From the NCBI GenBank assembly GCA_012295275.1, contig CM022675.1, positions 1,736,001-1,800,000 on the forward strand: a DNA stretch of 64,000 nt, in the 5' to 3' direction. Positions 1 through 26,135 of the stretch are shown here, piece by piece. Made by a program: the position numbers and the translations under genes. Every line of letters begins with the position of its first letter. Position 1 is the stretch's first letter. The notes beneath the pieces are model-generated. The model was given only the letters and a program-made list of their open reading frames with translations, ran no database searches and was not told the DNA's origin. Source of the stretch: Chrysomallon squamiferum (Eukaryota > Animalia > Mollusca).

Positions 1-1200
1 CTATTGAGTTTACTATGTTTGTGATATTCAGGACGCTCTTAGAGATTAATATCAAAATAAAAACAAACAACATTTATGCATAGTCAATAATTATAGTTGA
101 CTGCGTATTAACTTTGTCCTTCATCATAAGCAGATTTAAATAACTTATATTTTAAAAAAGTTAACTTTGGAAAGTTAACTGTGAGTTTTAGGTGAAAAAA
201 GTTAAAATAACTTTTAGTTCAGAAAACTGACTTTGGAAAGGTAACACTGGGTGATAATTTATAGAAAAATATAACATTTATTTAAAGGAAATATGTACAT
301 CATATAAATAACGATACTGCTAGGGTTAGGATTAGGGTTACGGTTTTGTTTAAGGACAGGTTTACCGTTATATTTTCGGTTAGGATTAATGTTATGTTCA
401 GGATTAGAATTAGAATTAGATTTAAGTGTTTATTTACTAGAAGAGGCTTTTGCTGTAAAAGTTGAACAATCTTTTGCCGAACTTAAAGATATAATTGAAC
501 ACAAAAAACAACATTATTTGAAAAACATTAATTCTGTAAAGTTAACGGTCAACATTAAAGTTGGAGTATATTAAGTTGACTGTGTTTCTGACATTCAGGC
601 TGCTTTTAGAGATTAATATCAAAATTAAAATAAATTAATTAATTAAAAACCAAAAAAACAACCGAAAAACGTATATGATAGTCAATAATTATAGTTGACT
701 TCGTATTAATTTTGTCCTTTATCATGAGCAGATTTAAATAATTTCTCTTTTAGAAAAGTTGACTCTGTAAAGTTAACTCAGTTTTAGGTGAAAAAAGTTA
801 ATATAACTTTTACATCAGAAAATTGACTTTGCAAAGGTACCGATGGGTGTTAGTTTATAACTAAATTTAACATTTATTTTTAAAAAATGAGCATGGTATA
901 AATAACGATACTGCTGGTGTTAGGATTAGGGTTACGGTTATGTTTAAGGTTAGGTTTACTTTATATTTTCGGTTAGGTTTAATGTTATGTTCAGGATTAG
1001 AATTAGGATTAGATTTAAATATTTATTTATTTATTCGCGTAAAAGTTGAACAATGTTATGCTCAACTTAATGATAAAATCGAAAAAGACTTTTATTGGAA
1101 AAACATTAACTTTGTAAAGTCAACGGTGAACATTAGTGAAAAAATATTTACTTGAAAAATTTAGCTTTGCAGAGTTAACAGTGCATGTTTCATAAAACGT
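1..1200. repeat. Diverged tandem duplication (about 570-590 bp unit) containing degenerate telomere-like TTAGGG/TTAGGA runs
   Basis: GA(T/C)ATTCAGG..CTTAGAGATTAATATCAAAAT recurs at about 23 and 591, and downstream sequences are collinear. TAGGGTTAGGATTAGGGTTA-like tracts occur at about 320-430 and 915-1020. Confidence 0.8.
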
Positions 1201-1562
1201 TAATTTATCGCATAGTTATAATTAATAATACAGCTAGATAGAGGGTCAGTGTTAGGTTTGGGGTTGGGCTGGGTGTTAGGGATAGTGTTAGTTTAAGCAT
1301 GATTCATCCTGCCTGACAAACTCATGAACAAAATATGAAAAAACGGGTTACACTGACATTAAATTTAGGACAGCGTTCTCTTATAACTTGTTTACCTCAT
1401 TTATCATGCAAATAATTTAATTCATCGAGAAGATTGTGTTTGAATCTTTTTTTGCCATAAAAGCTTATCGTAAATAAATTAAAATAGAGTGAAACATTCA
1501 CTCCCAGTTACCCGTGCAGGACGGTCATGTTGACATTCTCCTCCATAATGTACTTTTTTTAA

Positions 1563-1599
<37 letters not shown>

Positions 1600-2109
1600 G
1601 TTTTAAATGTTTACCTGAGTAGATATGTTAATCATATTTGACTATTTGCAGTAGAAGTAGTAATAATGAAAACAGTATTTGTAGTATAAGCAGTAGCAGT
1701 GTGTGTGTGTGTGTGTTCTTATGCATATTACTTATCACCTTTCTTCTCAGTATTGTTGTTCCTATTAATTATCATTATCATTATCATTATCATTATCATT
1801 ATCATATTATTATTATTATTATTATCATCATCATCATCATCATCATTATTATTGTTATTACCTTTAATTTTTGCTTTCTATTTATTTATTTATTTATTAT
1901 TTTGTTACTTTACTGACTTTGGGCGTTAGTTTAGTGTGATATTAAATATATTCTCATTGACCTAGACTGAACATTACATGTGACAGGACAGCCTGCCGTC
2001 TTGACATCTTCCTCCACAATGTGTTTAATAAGAATGTGTTTTATCTGGTCACATGGGTAACTATATTAATCGTGATTCACTATCCTAGTACAAAAAGCAG
2101 TAACGGTGT

Positions 2110-2131
2110 TGTGTATATGAGTGCGTGCACA

Positions 2132-2162
<31 letters not shown>

Positions 2163-2335
2163 GTGTGGTTGTGTTAGTGAGTGTGTGTGTATGTGTGTAT
2201 GTGTGTATGTATGTGTGTATATATATATATATGTGTGTGGTTGTGTTAGTGAGTGTGTGTGTATGTGTGAATGTGTGTATGTATGTGTGTATATATATAT
2301 ATATGTGTGTGGTTGTGTTAGTGAGTGTGTGTGTA

Positions 2336-2369
<34 letters not shown>

Positions 2370-2487
2370 TGTATATATATATGTGTGTGGTTGTGTTAGT
2401 GAGTGTGTGTGTATGTGTGTATGTGTGTATGTGTGTGTGTGTATATATATATATATGTGTTTGGTTGTGTTAGTGAGTGTGTGTGTA

Positions 2488-2524
<37 letters not shown>

Positions 2525-2651
2525 GTATACATATATATGTGTGTGGTTGTGTTAGTGAGTGTGTGTGTATGTGTGTATGTGTGTATGTGTATGTGTGTAT
2601 ATATATATATATGTGTGTGGTTGTGTTAGTGAGTGTGTGTGTATGTGTGTA

Positions 2652-2692
<41 letters not shown>

Positions 2693-2797
2693 ATATATAT
2701 ATATATGTGTGTGTTGTGTTAGTGAGTGTGTGTGTATGTGTGTATGTGTGTATGTGTATGTGTGTATATATATATATGTGTGTGGTTGTGTTAGTGA

Positions 2798-2850
<53 letters not shown>
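2110..2850. repeat. Compound minisatellite: constant GTGGTTGTGTTAGTGAGT core plus variable (GT)n/(AT)n
   Basis: About 11 copies of the core, separated by dinucleotide tracts of varying length. Confidence 0.9.
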
Positions 2851-3360
2851 TATATCTGAAGAAAAATACAACTTCTGTGACCATTGTATGACTCATCGAT
2901 GATCAGAGAATCCTCGTTTGTGCGTATCTGTGTGTGTCTGTGTGTGTACTTTATTCCATTTTATGTAATCTGTTTTTATTTTATTATACTTCCAATATTC
3001 TTTTCTAATAAAAAATGATGCGACTTTTCAGTCAAACTATAAAACTATTTTGAAGAAAGCATTAAGAAAAGAGTAAATAGATTTGAAATTTCTTAACGTC
3101 GCCATTTTTTATAGCATGAAAGCTGGATCAGTGAATCTGCGCACTCAGCTGTGAAGACAGCAGTCGCGTTTCTCACTCAACAACAAATATTTAGTTGAGT
3201 TTTGTCTGGTTTTTAATGTAACCCACAAACATATCAGCCATTTTGTTGTCATCTCGAAACGTACTGTTTGGTAGTGTAAATTAATTCAGAGTCGTCTACT
3301 TATTTAATACTGGCCACACACAGACAGACACTCACACTCACTCTCTCTCAACCACACACA

Positions 3361-3392
<32 letters not shown>

Positions 3393-3804
3393 TCTATATA
3401 CATACCCATACACATACTCACGTTTGAACCCAGTTTGTCATCGATGCTGATGTAAATAAAATTAAAGTAAAACTTTCACTCTCAGTCAGCTGTGTGTGAC
3501 GAACATCTTGACATTCTCCTGCATAGCGTATTTTATTATGTGTGTTAATTCTGTATGACATTTTTCTACTTCTTTATCTTTTTGATAGTTTGTTTACCTG
3601 AGTCTCTGTATTAATTATGATTGACTCTATACAGTATATAACAGCAGTTGTTTAGGAACAGTAGGAATAGTAGCATTAATACTAGCAGTAAACAATAAAT
3701 AAATTATATCTTATGTTAAAGGTTCAGTATAAATGAAAATTAAATTATGTGTAAATACAGACAACGTGTCTACCTTGTGTGCTATTTTCTTTTTCTTTAT
3801 TTTG

Positions 3805-4620
3805 TATTATTATTACTACTATTACTATTACTATTATTATTATTACTATTATTATTATTATTACTATTACTATTATTATTATTACTACTATTATTACTAT
3901 TACTATTACTATTATTACTATTATTACTATTACTACTATTATTATTATTACTATTACTATTATTATTATTACTACTATTATTACTATTACTATTACTATT
4001 ATTACTATTATTATTACTACTACTACTACTATTATTACTATTATTATTACTACTACTACTACTATTATTATTACTACTACTATTATTACTATTACTATTA
4101 CTATTATTATTACTACTACTATTATTATTACTACAACTATTATTACTATTATTATTATTATTATTATTACTACTACTATTATTACTACTACTACTACTAC
4201 TATTATTATTATTATTATTATTACTATTATTATTACTACTACTACTACTATTATTATTACTACTACTATTATTACTATTACTATTACTATTATTATTACT
4301 ATTACTATTACTATTATTATTATTATTATTACTACTACTACTATTATTACTATTACTATTACTATTACTATTATTATTATTATTACTATTACTATTACTA
4401 TTATTATTATTATTATTACTACTACTACTATTATTACTATTACTATTACTATTATTATTACTACTACTACTATTATTACTACTACTATTACTATTACTAT
4501 TATTATTATTATTACTATTACTATTACTATTATTATTATTATTACTACTACTACTATTATTACTATTACTATTACTATTATTATTATTATTATTATTACT
4601 ATTATTATTATTATTATTAT
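3805..4620. repeat. Long mixed (TAT/TAC)n trinucleotide microsatellite, about 800 bp
   Basis: Direct reading; it is the source of the poly-Y/L/I/N ORFs. Confidence 0.97.
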
Positions 4621-5253
4621 TGTTTATCAATAGCTCTTTGTGCATTTAGTTACACCCATTTTTTTAATGTTATTTAAACAAACAGTACAGCATCACCAAT
4701 GTGGACAGCACGATGTAATATCGCTATGTGAATGATTGTCATTGATAAGAATGAAGAGAATTGTAAGTACAGTAGAAATTGTATTAAATAAAATTAAAAT
4801 TATTTGTTAGAGAGTTTGAGATACTTGAAAGCAGCGTTACTAAATTGCTGAGACAGTAGACATGTAGAATAGCATTATAAACGTATTCAGTTACCTGCAA
4901 TGAAATATAAAACATTTTCAAATCTTAGTTTCAGAACAAAAGAGTAAGAAGGATAAGTTATGGTTAATTTGACACACGAGCACAACTGATAAGACGTTTC
5001 GCTTGTGTCAAATAACAGAGATAAAGTTGTAAATGTACCACTGTGTACGACTAGAAATTTATCAAATCTAACAATGAATAATTACATAGTTAGAACTTGA
5101 ACATTTCTGATTTTTTCAATATTAAATAATTTGTAAAGAAATTTTGCAACAGGGATGAATATGTTTAGAAATAAACAGATTTTGTTCATTGATAATTACA
5201 AACTAATGATTATGATGATGACGACGACGATGATGAAGATGATGATGATGATG

Positions 5254-5292
<39 letters not shown>

Positions 5293-6339
5293 GTAATAAT
5301 AATAGTAATTTAATTGCATAACGAATCTTCTACACAGACTGTGAGAGCTTTCAAAATAAATTACGATGTTAAAAGAAACGGGATGTGATAGATATTATAT
5401 CTGCGGATGTTAGGGAGTAACATAAAGTTGTATTTTCAGATAAATGGTGTATACACTGTTCAAAATAAAAAATTAGATCTTACATATATCTCTCAGTCAG
5501 TTTAAATACGAGAAAGATTTAGGATTTCCACAAAGTCAGAAATAAATTAGCAATTAAATAAAAGCTTTCAAATTTATCTTTAAGAACAAATGAGTTAAAC
5601 TTAGAATTCTCACTTACTCAGCACTAAATAAACAGATAATTTATAAAATTAAATAACACAAAGATTGTATGATTTAGATATGTCTGTTGCATCTTTAAAA
5701 TATATACATATATATTTTTTAAAGGGAATGCAGGTGGAACACACTAAATAATCGACGTACGTGCATTTAAACGCGTTTAAAAATACCAGACAAGTTTGTG
5801 AACAAAGTCTTATAAAACTGGTTTGACTGACACTAAATTTAGGACAGCGGTCTCTTTTAACACGCTTACCTCAATTATCATACAAATAATTAATCCTCGT
5901 GATTTTCTTCGTCATAAAAGTGATGCCGTCGAAACCTAGTAACTATTAACATTGAAAAGTTCATAGAAGTCAGCCAAACAAGAAACAACAACAAAGAAAA
6001 AAAAAAAAATAATAATAATAATAAAATAAAAAAGAAATGTTTTTATACAGTAGTTATGACTTCACATGACATGTGATTTAAAATCGGTGATACATTGAAA
6101 CAAGCTTTCTTTTTTTCTTTTCACAAAAATACTTTAAAGCTCATCTTAATACACATTTTTACACTTCTTTCCAAACACATCACATAGTGTATTATATATA
6201 TAATATATTAGTGCGTGTGTGTACGTATCTTACTTCAATAAATGTAAAAGTCACTAATTTTATATTTTGTATCTGTGATTCTTCAGGAAACGTACATTAT
6301 GTACACACTGCTGCAGCAATCACTGCTGCTACTACTACT

Positions 6340-11420
<5,081 letters not shown>

Positions 11421-11614
11421 GGATGTTTATGTGTATGCGTGTGTGTGTGTGTGTGCGTTTGTGTGTGTGTGCGTTTGTGTGTGTCTGTGAGTGTGCGTTT
11501 GTGTTTGTGTGTGTGTGTGTCTTGGCATTGGTATCTCAATGTATGTACGCGTGCAAAATATGAAAATGAAACATTTATTACTTCATTTAATTATATTTGT
11601 ATATGTATATATAT

Positions 11615-11714
<100 letters not shown>

Positions 11715-11937
11715 TGAGAAAGAGTCAGAGAGATTATATATATATGTTTAGCAATTACGTACAAGGTATGAAGTACAGACAAACTGATTGGATGTTGAAT
11801 TTATTTGTAAATATGATTTCATTGATGCAGTATTTCTGAATGTAGACGCAGTAAAATATTGTCATGGGGTCAACGTCGTTACTTTAATATCAACTGATGA
11901 AACGGGGTGGTACATCTATCAGAATGGTGAGAGAGGC

Positions 11938-12420
11938 TCAGAGAAGTGTGTGTGCAGGAGTAGCGTCAATGACAGGAGTTCATCGCCGTCTCATGCTTCT
12001 ACTGACAGCGTTAATCTCAGGAACAGCAATTGCGTGATCTGTTTTACCTCCATCATGAACTCCGGTCCAGACCGTGACGCTGCCATCGGCCTATCTGTTA
12101 AGATGAACGACGTTGTCTGCATCATTTCGTTCTCCCATCCCCTCCATACATGACGCCTACCATCCACAAAGTGAACACAAAACTGTATTCGTCTGTGAAT
12201 ACTGTCTGATTCCACTGTGTGCGACACCAGTGTTGGTGTATTGTGACCCATCTCAGACGTTCCTGAATGTGACGCGCTCTCAGGGTAACAACTACAACAG
12301 GGCGACGTGCTTGTAATACAGCAGCACGGAGACGGTAACGGACAGTTTGAGCATGAATTATAGTGCCTGCGACGTCGTGAACGCGTTGGCCGGCATTAAG
12401 CCGTTACATTGCTTCATGGC
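11938..12420 (-). mobile_element. Decayed, internally deleted Tc1/mariner (Tc1-type) transposase
   Basis: Minus-strand translation across frameshifts: IHAQTVRYRLRAAVLQARRPVVVVTLRARHIQERLRWVTIHQHWCRTQWNQTVFTDE / FCVHFVDGRRHVWR / GER..GSVTVW, then the C-terminal RSMRRR*TPVIDATPAHTHF*. This matches the Tc1 motifs (W..V.FSDES.F..DGR..VWR; SM..R..AVI.A.G..T.Y). TIRs were not resolved. Confidence 0.88.
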
Positions 12421-12593
12421 TTTCATTTTCCCAACCGAGTCTGCACGTGCAGTAGATATACCGGCGTGCACTGTGACAAATGTGTTACTTTCATTTCCCA
12501 AAGCGACATGACACATACAGCTAACAGATTACCACGTTTTATCACTTTATTTTAACAGAAATGGTGTTGGCAGCGTTAGAGCTAGTAGATACG

Positions 12594-12653
<60 letters not shown>

Positions 12654-12672
12654 CTCATATACACACAGATTA

Positions 12673-12705
<33 letters not shown>

Positions 12706-12913
12706 AACGTACATACACACAGACACACATATAACACATATATACACACATATACACACACATATACACAGACACTCTTACATAACTACGTACATACATA
12801 CATACATACATACAAACATAAAAGCATTCATGCATACCAACTTACAAACTTATTATTATCTGCTATCCGATCTTACTCTGTCATTAGACATAATCAGCAA
12901 ACACACGCCCACA

Positions 12914-12948
<35 letters not shown>

Positions 12949-14044
12949 GGTAAATGAAATATAAAGGTGCCTGAATTAACTAATGTAGCTGAAAGATGAT
13001 ATGAATGTTTTGTAAAATACAAACAAAATTGCAGGCTGTTATATAAACAGCTAAAATAGTCTTAACCATTTAGTTTAAGAAATAAAAAGAAGTAAGAAAC
13101 AGTTGAAAACACGTATGAAAGCAGCATGTGTGTTCAGCCAACTGAAACGAGTATGTACTGTAAGGTCGGTAGGAAACTTTACACGTAAACAAACGTAAAA
13201 TGTAAAATGTACAGTGAAGCCTTCTTTAATCACTTTCTTTAGTAGTAGAATAGCAGCACTAGCAGTGATAGTAGTAGTGTCAACAATAGTAATAATAATG
13301 TTAGTAAGTAGAGTATTAGCAGTGGTAAAATCAGTATATATAGACAGTATTTACAGTTATGATGTGAGAATTAGTATTAATCTAATACTAGTAATAGTAG
13401 GAGTAGGAAATACTCAATAGCGCCTCTATTTTTGGAGAGCCATACTATTTTGAACTGTTTTTTTACAGGTATTGGGAAAAGAGATAGAAGGGTATATATA
13501 TATATATTAGACTGATGTACAGCGGGAGAGAAACAGAAACATGTACACATGCATAGATAGACAAACAGTTATAAAGCAATTATCTGACAATCTACCTTCG
13601 TTCCTTTTATTTGATTAGCTTATTTTTAGTTCATTTAATTGTTTAATTATAATTATTGTTGTTGTTGTTGACGTTGTTGTCGTTGTAGCACTTAGTAATA
13701 TAACAAAACGAGAAACACGTTGTGCACGGTGACTCTTCCAGTCATTACAGAGGCTCGCTTACCCAAAGCTGCTTGTGTATAAAAACTGGGTATGTAACAA
13801 ATGTTAATAGTCCTCACGTGTTTAGTATCTTTTGTTAGACGGACTGAAACACGTTGTTATAAATGATAATTGCAAAAATAAACTTTAACGTTCATTGCTT
13901 TTAACCCACTGTTGCTCATTACAGACTAATACAGACTGTGGACATTTAAAAAGAAAGAACACTTTCTTTTCTGTCCACACTTCAGTTAACATTTAGCAAC
14001 TGTGAGAGTGACGGTGAAATACAGCGTGAACATTGGCATGCACA

Positions 14045-14102
<58 letters not shown>

Positions 14103-14348
14103 CATATGACGTATTTCGTATTAAAAATCGTACGAGAAGAAACACTGGTTGTTTTCACGATATTAAAATTAATACTATTACGTTACACAGACAAATATAT
14201 GAAGTGGAAGCCAAAAGAAGACTGAAATTACGTTAAAACGAACAGAACAAATATCAAACAAATAAATTCATAGCAAAATTAAATAAATAAATAAAATTAT
14301 AAACAAAGATAAAGAGGTACAAAAATACTGAGTTGTAGAGAGGAATAC

Positions 14349-14465
<117 letters not shown>

Positions 14466-14493
14466 TATGATGCAATAGTTAAACCAGTTATTC

Positions 14494-14595
14494 ATTGGAC
14501 AAGATGGTTTCTTTGTGCTTACCATATAAATACAGCTAAACACATCGTGAGATGCAGTTTTATGTTTTATTCTAAACACATTGAACTGTGTAAGT
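14494..14595 (+). promoter_or_regulatory. Putative core promoter and short non-coding first exon of the EGF-ZP-SRCR gene
   Basis: ATTGG (inverted CCAAT) at 14494, TATAAATA at 14525-14532, Inr-like GCAGTT with A at 14556 (31 nt after the TATA), donor GTAAGT at 14590. The module is duplicated upstream of the paralog at 46577-46678. Confidence 0.5.
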
Positions 14596-15989
14596 GAGGA
14601 CAAAGCTTAATTTGTGAGTGTCACAAGAAACAAGGTAGGTTCACGTTACCTTACTTGAGTTAATATGTCTGTGTTGTCTGTACATTATCATGCATCTGAC
14701 TTTATCAAATGTATGTGTGTATATTCTCTATGTAACAAAAGACGTATCAGCAGATTTATTATTACCTCAGTTCTTGATTTTTGTTTATGCTGAGGCTGCT
14801 GTTGTTCAGTTCTGCAGTCTAGTCTTAACTGAGAGTAAAACAAAAGAATTCAGTTTTAAATAAATAATAATTACCAAGATATGCAAAAATCATTACTGCA
14901 TGAAATTTAAACTGACAGTAAACTGTAAAAAGGGTGAAAGTGTTTTTGATCTGATAAAATCAAAGTTGATGATGCAGATAGCTACAGATATCTTGGTATT
15001 AATTGCGTGTAAAAATAAAGTTCAGTTCAGACTCTCGTACACATTTTTGTAGTCAGGTATGTACTACATGATTTACTTTCGAATGGTGATGACAAACATG
15101 TAGGCGACATCCTAAATTAGAAATAATTAAAACGATTGATAAAAAAGATAAGAAATAAAATCATGTTGTAAAAATAATATAATATGTAAATTATGCGTAA
15201 TTTTGATCAGCTTAATGCAATATAATTTATACATATTGTAGCAAATCTAAAGACTTTTTTACTAAATTATTATTCAAAAAGAGAATTATGTTTGTTCAGA
15301 TAGAAAGATATTAAATCCCAGGTGAAAAAAAGAAACAAAAAACGCCGCCTTTTTATTTATTCATTATTTATTTATTTTTTATTTTTTATTTTTTATTTTT
15401 TTTTAATTATATATATATATATATTTGATTTTTTATTATTTTGATCTTTTTTTAACATTTCCAGATAGTTAACAGTATCTAGTCCGAATCTAGCAATGTT
15501 AAAGTTTTTGAAGAAATCTTATTTCCAGGGATATCTGTATCAAATCTGGACCATCCAGTTATCTTTATAAAAACCTTAATAGAGACAGACGTAATAATAA
15601 TAATAATAATAGTTAATTTAATAATGATTTTTGTTTGTTTGTTTTGTTGTTTTTTTTCAAATTCTCTATATTCATATTCTACATATGTGTATTGTGTTAG
15701 AGTAAATCCACAGTCGTATTATGATTATATTAACTTGTGTATGTGCAACTATGGATTCTTACTGACTGAAACTGAAACTAACAGAAAACTCTATGTAAAT
15801 ATGTATGTCTGGCTGAAGGAATGGCTGTATGTATGTATCTCTGTGTGTAGGTATACATCTATACATGACGCATGTGTTACAGGGTTTATGTATAGTAAGC
15901 CTTTTCTCTTCAACTTTTTTCAATTATCCTTTGTTTTCAGGTAGAAAAAAAGTATTTTAATGATTTTTTTCATTTGTTTTAATTATTCT

Positions 15990-16036
<47 letters not shown>

Positions 16037-16559
16037 TTATTATTATTATTACAATTATTATTATTCATTTAGTTACTTTTTGTTTTCATTTGTTTTTGTC
16101 TTTATTTATTTATTTATTTATCTTTCTATCTATATACGTGTCTTTCAATCTTTCCTTTCGTCCATCGTTGTGATTGTTTGTTACCAGAAAACAGCAGCCT
16201 TGTCCGCCAGCATCATTTACTTAAGTTGTGCAATTACAGCAATAGTAATGGTAATATATGTATTAGAAGTAATAGTAATACTAGAATAGCAGTAATACTA
16301 CAAACCTTCATACCTACGTTTTATCATATGCCCATCTGTCTAGTCATTTATCTACATATCTACGTTTTTTATTGTATTCTGTTCTTCTTTACTTTAGTTT
16401 AGTGTTAATTATATATTTTTTGAATTATTGTTTCTACTTTTATTTATTTTTTCTCTATTATAAAGATTTATAAGAACATTTGTTTGATTTTATTTATCCC
16501 GTAGTCGAATATAAATAACACGATATATTTGTTGGAATTCTGTTTGCCCATCAAAGCTG

Positions 16560-22700
<6,141 letters not shown>

Positions 22701-22951
22701 ATACTTTACAGATATTTTTAATTGTGCTTTTGAAAATATTAAGAAAAGAGACTCAAACATCGTCCTAAGATTACGTAACTCTTGCAGGTGTTACAATTGT
22801 AAGTCTCTCATTTGTGTGTAGATAATAATACATCGAATCTTGTAGCTTTTGTTAGACATACAAACAGTTTTACCTCGAGACATCTCAGTCTACTGCTCTA
22901 CGAAAATGCTTCACTGGTCGTGTATGGCTTGCTGTTTGTTGGCTTGTATTC

Positions 22952-23001
<50 letters not shown>

Positions 23002-23479
23002 GTGTGTGTGTTGTGTGTGTGTGTGTTTTAATTTTCTTATGGCATTAATATTTTACGATAAAAGCAGTTCATATTTTGTCAGTGAAATTTTAAAACTGTT
23101 TTGAAGAAAGTATTAAGAAAACTAGTTTGACAACGTTTGACTAGATTGTTGTAGTGAACTAATACAAACACACTTGCGATGCCTCACTGCTCATCTACAC
23201 TATTACACGTCTTCCACGCTGTGTTTTTCACTCGCTTGTTGTACGTCAACAAACAGATATTATCTGATATATTAATGTTTTTATTTTATTATTTCTTTTC
23301 AGTCTCGATTGTTTTAACTTAAATATAATAATGTGCGCGACTTTATGTATGTATGTCTGTGAGTTTGTAATAATAATAATAATAATAATAATAACAATAA
23401 TAATAAAAATATTTTTTTTATGACATCATAAAGTTTCTGCGTAGATTGTGAGAGCTTTCAGACTGTACTCAATACTTTG

Positions 23480-23930
23480 AACATACATTACGACGTTAAA
23501 TTAAGCTTGATGCTATCTATGTTCTGACGTATATACACATTATCTCTGCGGGTGTTTGGGTGTGACACAAAGCTGTATTTTCAGATGAATAGTGTATACA
23601 CTATTCAGAAGAAAAAAAGTTAATTTTTAAAATATATCTCTCAGCCAGTGATCTTTGTTATAATTCTATTTCTTTGACGAGGGCAGCTTAGCTTACTATA
23701 CATTTTTGAATATATATTACGAAGTTAAATTAAACTTGATGCTATCTATGTTCTGACATATATACACATTATCTCTGCGGGTGTTTGGGTGTGACACAAA
23801 GTTGTATTTTCAGATGAATAGTGTATACGCTATTCAGAATAAAAAGTTAGTTTTTTATATATCTCTCAACCAGTGATTTTTGTTATATTTTAATGTCTTT
23901 GACAAGGGCAGCTTAACTTACTATAAAATA
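23480..23930 (+). repeat. About 230-bp tandem duplication of a dispersed repeat
   Basis: CTTGATGCTATCTATGTTCTGAC..CTCTGCGGGTGTTTGGGTGTGACACAAAG occurs twice, with diverged relatives at about 5360-5500 and 6600-6720. Confidence 0.8.
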
Positions 23931-24681
23931 TTTGTATACGTTTCTACAGCTGCCTTACACAAGATATTTACTTACATTTTTTTTTAAAAACCTGTTTATA
24001 ATCATGTCTTAGAAGTGAAAATTGTTATCGTAAACACGATTCTGCTGTCTGTTTTAACACAGAGGCGTACATAAATATAATACACAGATGCACAGAGACA
24101 AACACACACACACACACACACACACATATATTTTGCATATGTCCAAACTCACAGACACATACGCAACCATGCACACATACACTCATACACGCATAAATAC
24201 ATATCAGAATCTTGTTGTTCAATCCATTTTCGATAAATGTCTATCTATCGATATGTCTGTCTCAGCGTCTGTCTGTCTGTCAATCTATCTACATGTCTAG
24301 CTCTATGTCTCGCTATTTATCTCTTTATCTCTATATATATATCCATCGACCTATCAATTTTCCATCTATCTGCCTATCTATTTATCTATCTGCTCTCTAT
24401 GTGACCTCTTATTTGTCTATTTATTAATCTTATTTTTCTTTTTTTACTTTATTTTGAGTCCAAAATATTTTAATACAAGATCTATATGACCAAACTAAAC
24501 TTTCATAGATATTCCAAATTGTACTGAAACCACCGAAGATTTACCAGTGTATACTTTGTCTTACACCAACCTGCACTATTCCAAACGTAATGTTCATCAC
24601 GTTTATATGAGGATGCGTTTTGTGAATACATTTCTGCCTTTTCTATAATGAAATTATTTCCTTCGTTCGTTTCATTAATTA

Positions 24682-24732
<51 letters not shown>

Positions 24733-25764
24733 GTTTGTATGTTTGTTTAAGGATGAAATTTGTGAAACGCTTTGAACGAAGTATGAAGAAACGTGACTCG
24801 TTTGACATCTCTCTGATTAGGGTCACAAACCTTTAAAAACACGTGTAACACATCACTGCTCATCTAGACTAGTACTCCGCACTCACAACAAAACTCGCTG
24901 TTTTCTTTCACTTGTCACGCATCAACTAACAGATGTTTAGGAGTTTCTGACAGCTTTTAACCTTAAAGGTATCCTACATCAAGAAATATAAAACAAATTA
25001 AATAAAATATGTCTGCCAGTCATTATTTCTGACTGATTTTAACCTTAAAGGTATCCTACATCAAGAAATATAAAACAAATAAAATAAAAATGTCTGTCAG
25101 TTTACTGACATATTCAGAGAGTATTTATGACAGTATATCGATACTCATTTGTGTACTAATTTAAACACCCAGAAACAAGCACATTCACACTCTTCTACGA
25201 ACTAAAATAAATACAAATATACCCATTTAAACCACATACGTATATATGGACAGACGCTCATAGAGAAACATAATTATCAAACATAAACATACAATATAAT
25301 AATCATCACTCAACTCAACCCACCTACACACACACACACACACATACACACACAGATACACACAGACACATACATGCATGTACAACATTATACACATACG
25401 GAAACATACACTTACACACATTAACACCCCCATCCACATTCACAGACAAGCAGATACATAGGTAGATATGAAACAAAACTCACTGGCACATACATTTATA
25501 TACACATAGAAACATAGATAGATATATACAGACGTGCACTGGTACAGGAATAAATACACACGTTTACACAAATATATCCACGCACACACTTACACTCAAA
25601 TATCTACACTTATATGCACACATGCATGCATGGATAGAAAAATCTACGCACGCACGCATCAGGTAAAGGTAAACCCGTACCTCAGACTACTAAATTCAAA
25701 GAAATAAAGAAAGGACAAACCCGCGCGAAAAAAAAAAAAAAAAAGAAGCAAACACTATGTATAA

Positions 25765-26135
<371 letters not shown>

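Noticed and set aside
320-1290. Telomere or interstitial telomere
   Set aside because: Only short degenerate TTAGGG-like units inside a duplicated repeat; no true array.
2110-2850. CRISPR-like pattern of constant repeat plus variable spacer
   Set aside because: The spacers are only (GT)n/(AT)n slippage variants, the context is eukaryotic, and there are no cas genes.
3733-4677. Long ORFs of about 280-314 aa (poly-Y/L/I/N)
   Set aside because: Trinucleotide microsatellite open in several frames on both strands; no coding signal.
4963-5016. Hairpin with CTGATAAG..GACGTTTCG resembling a hammerhead ribozyme
   Set aside because: The CUGANGA and GAAA core elements are not in the right order on one strand; it is just a short inverted repeat.
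11788-12153. 121-aa plus-strand ORF as a gene
   Set aside because: Antisense shadow of the decayed Tc1 transposase.
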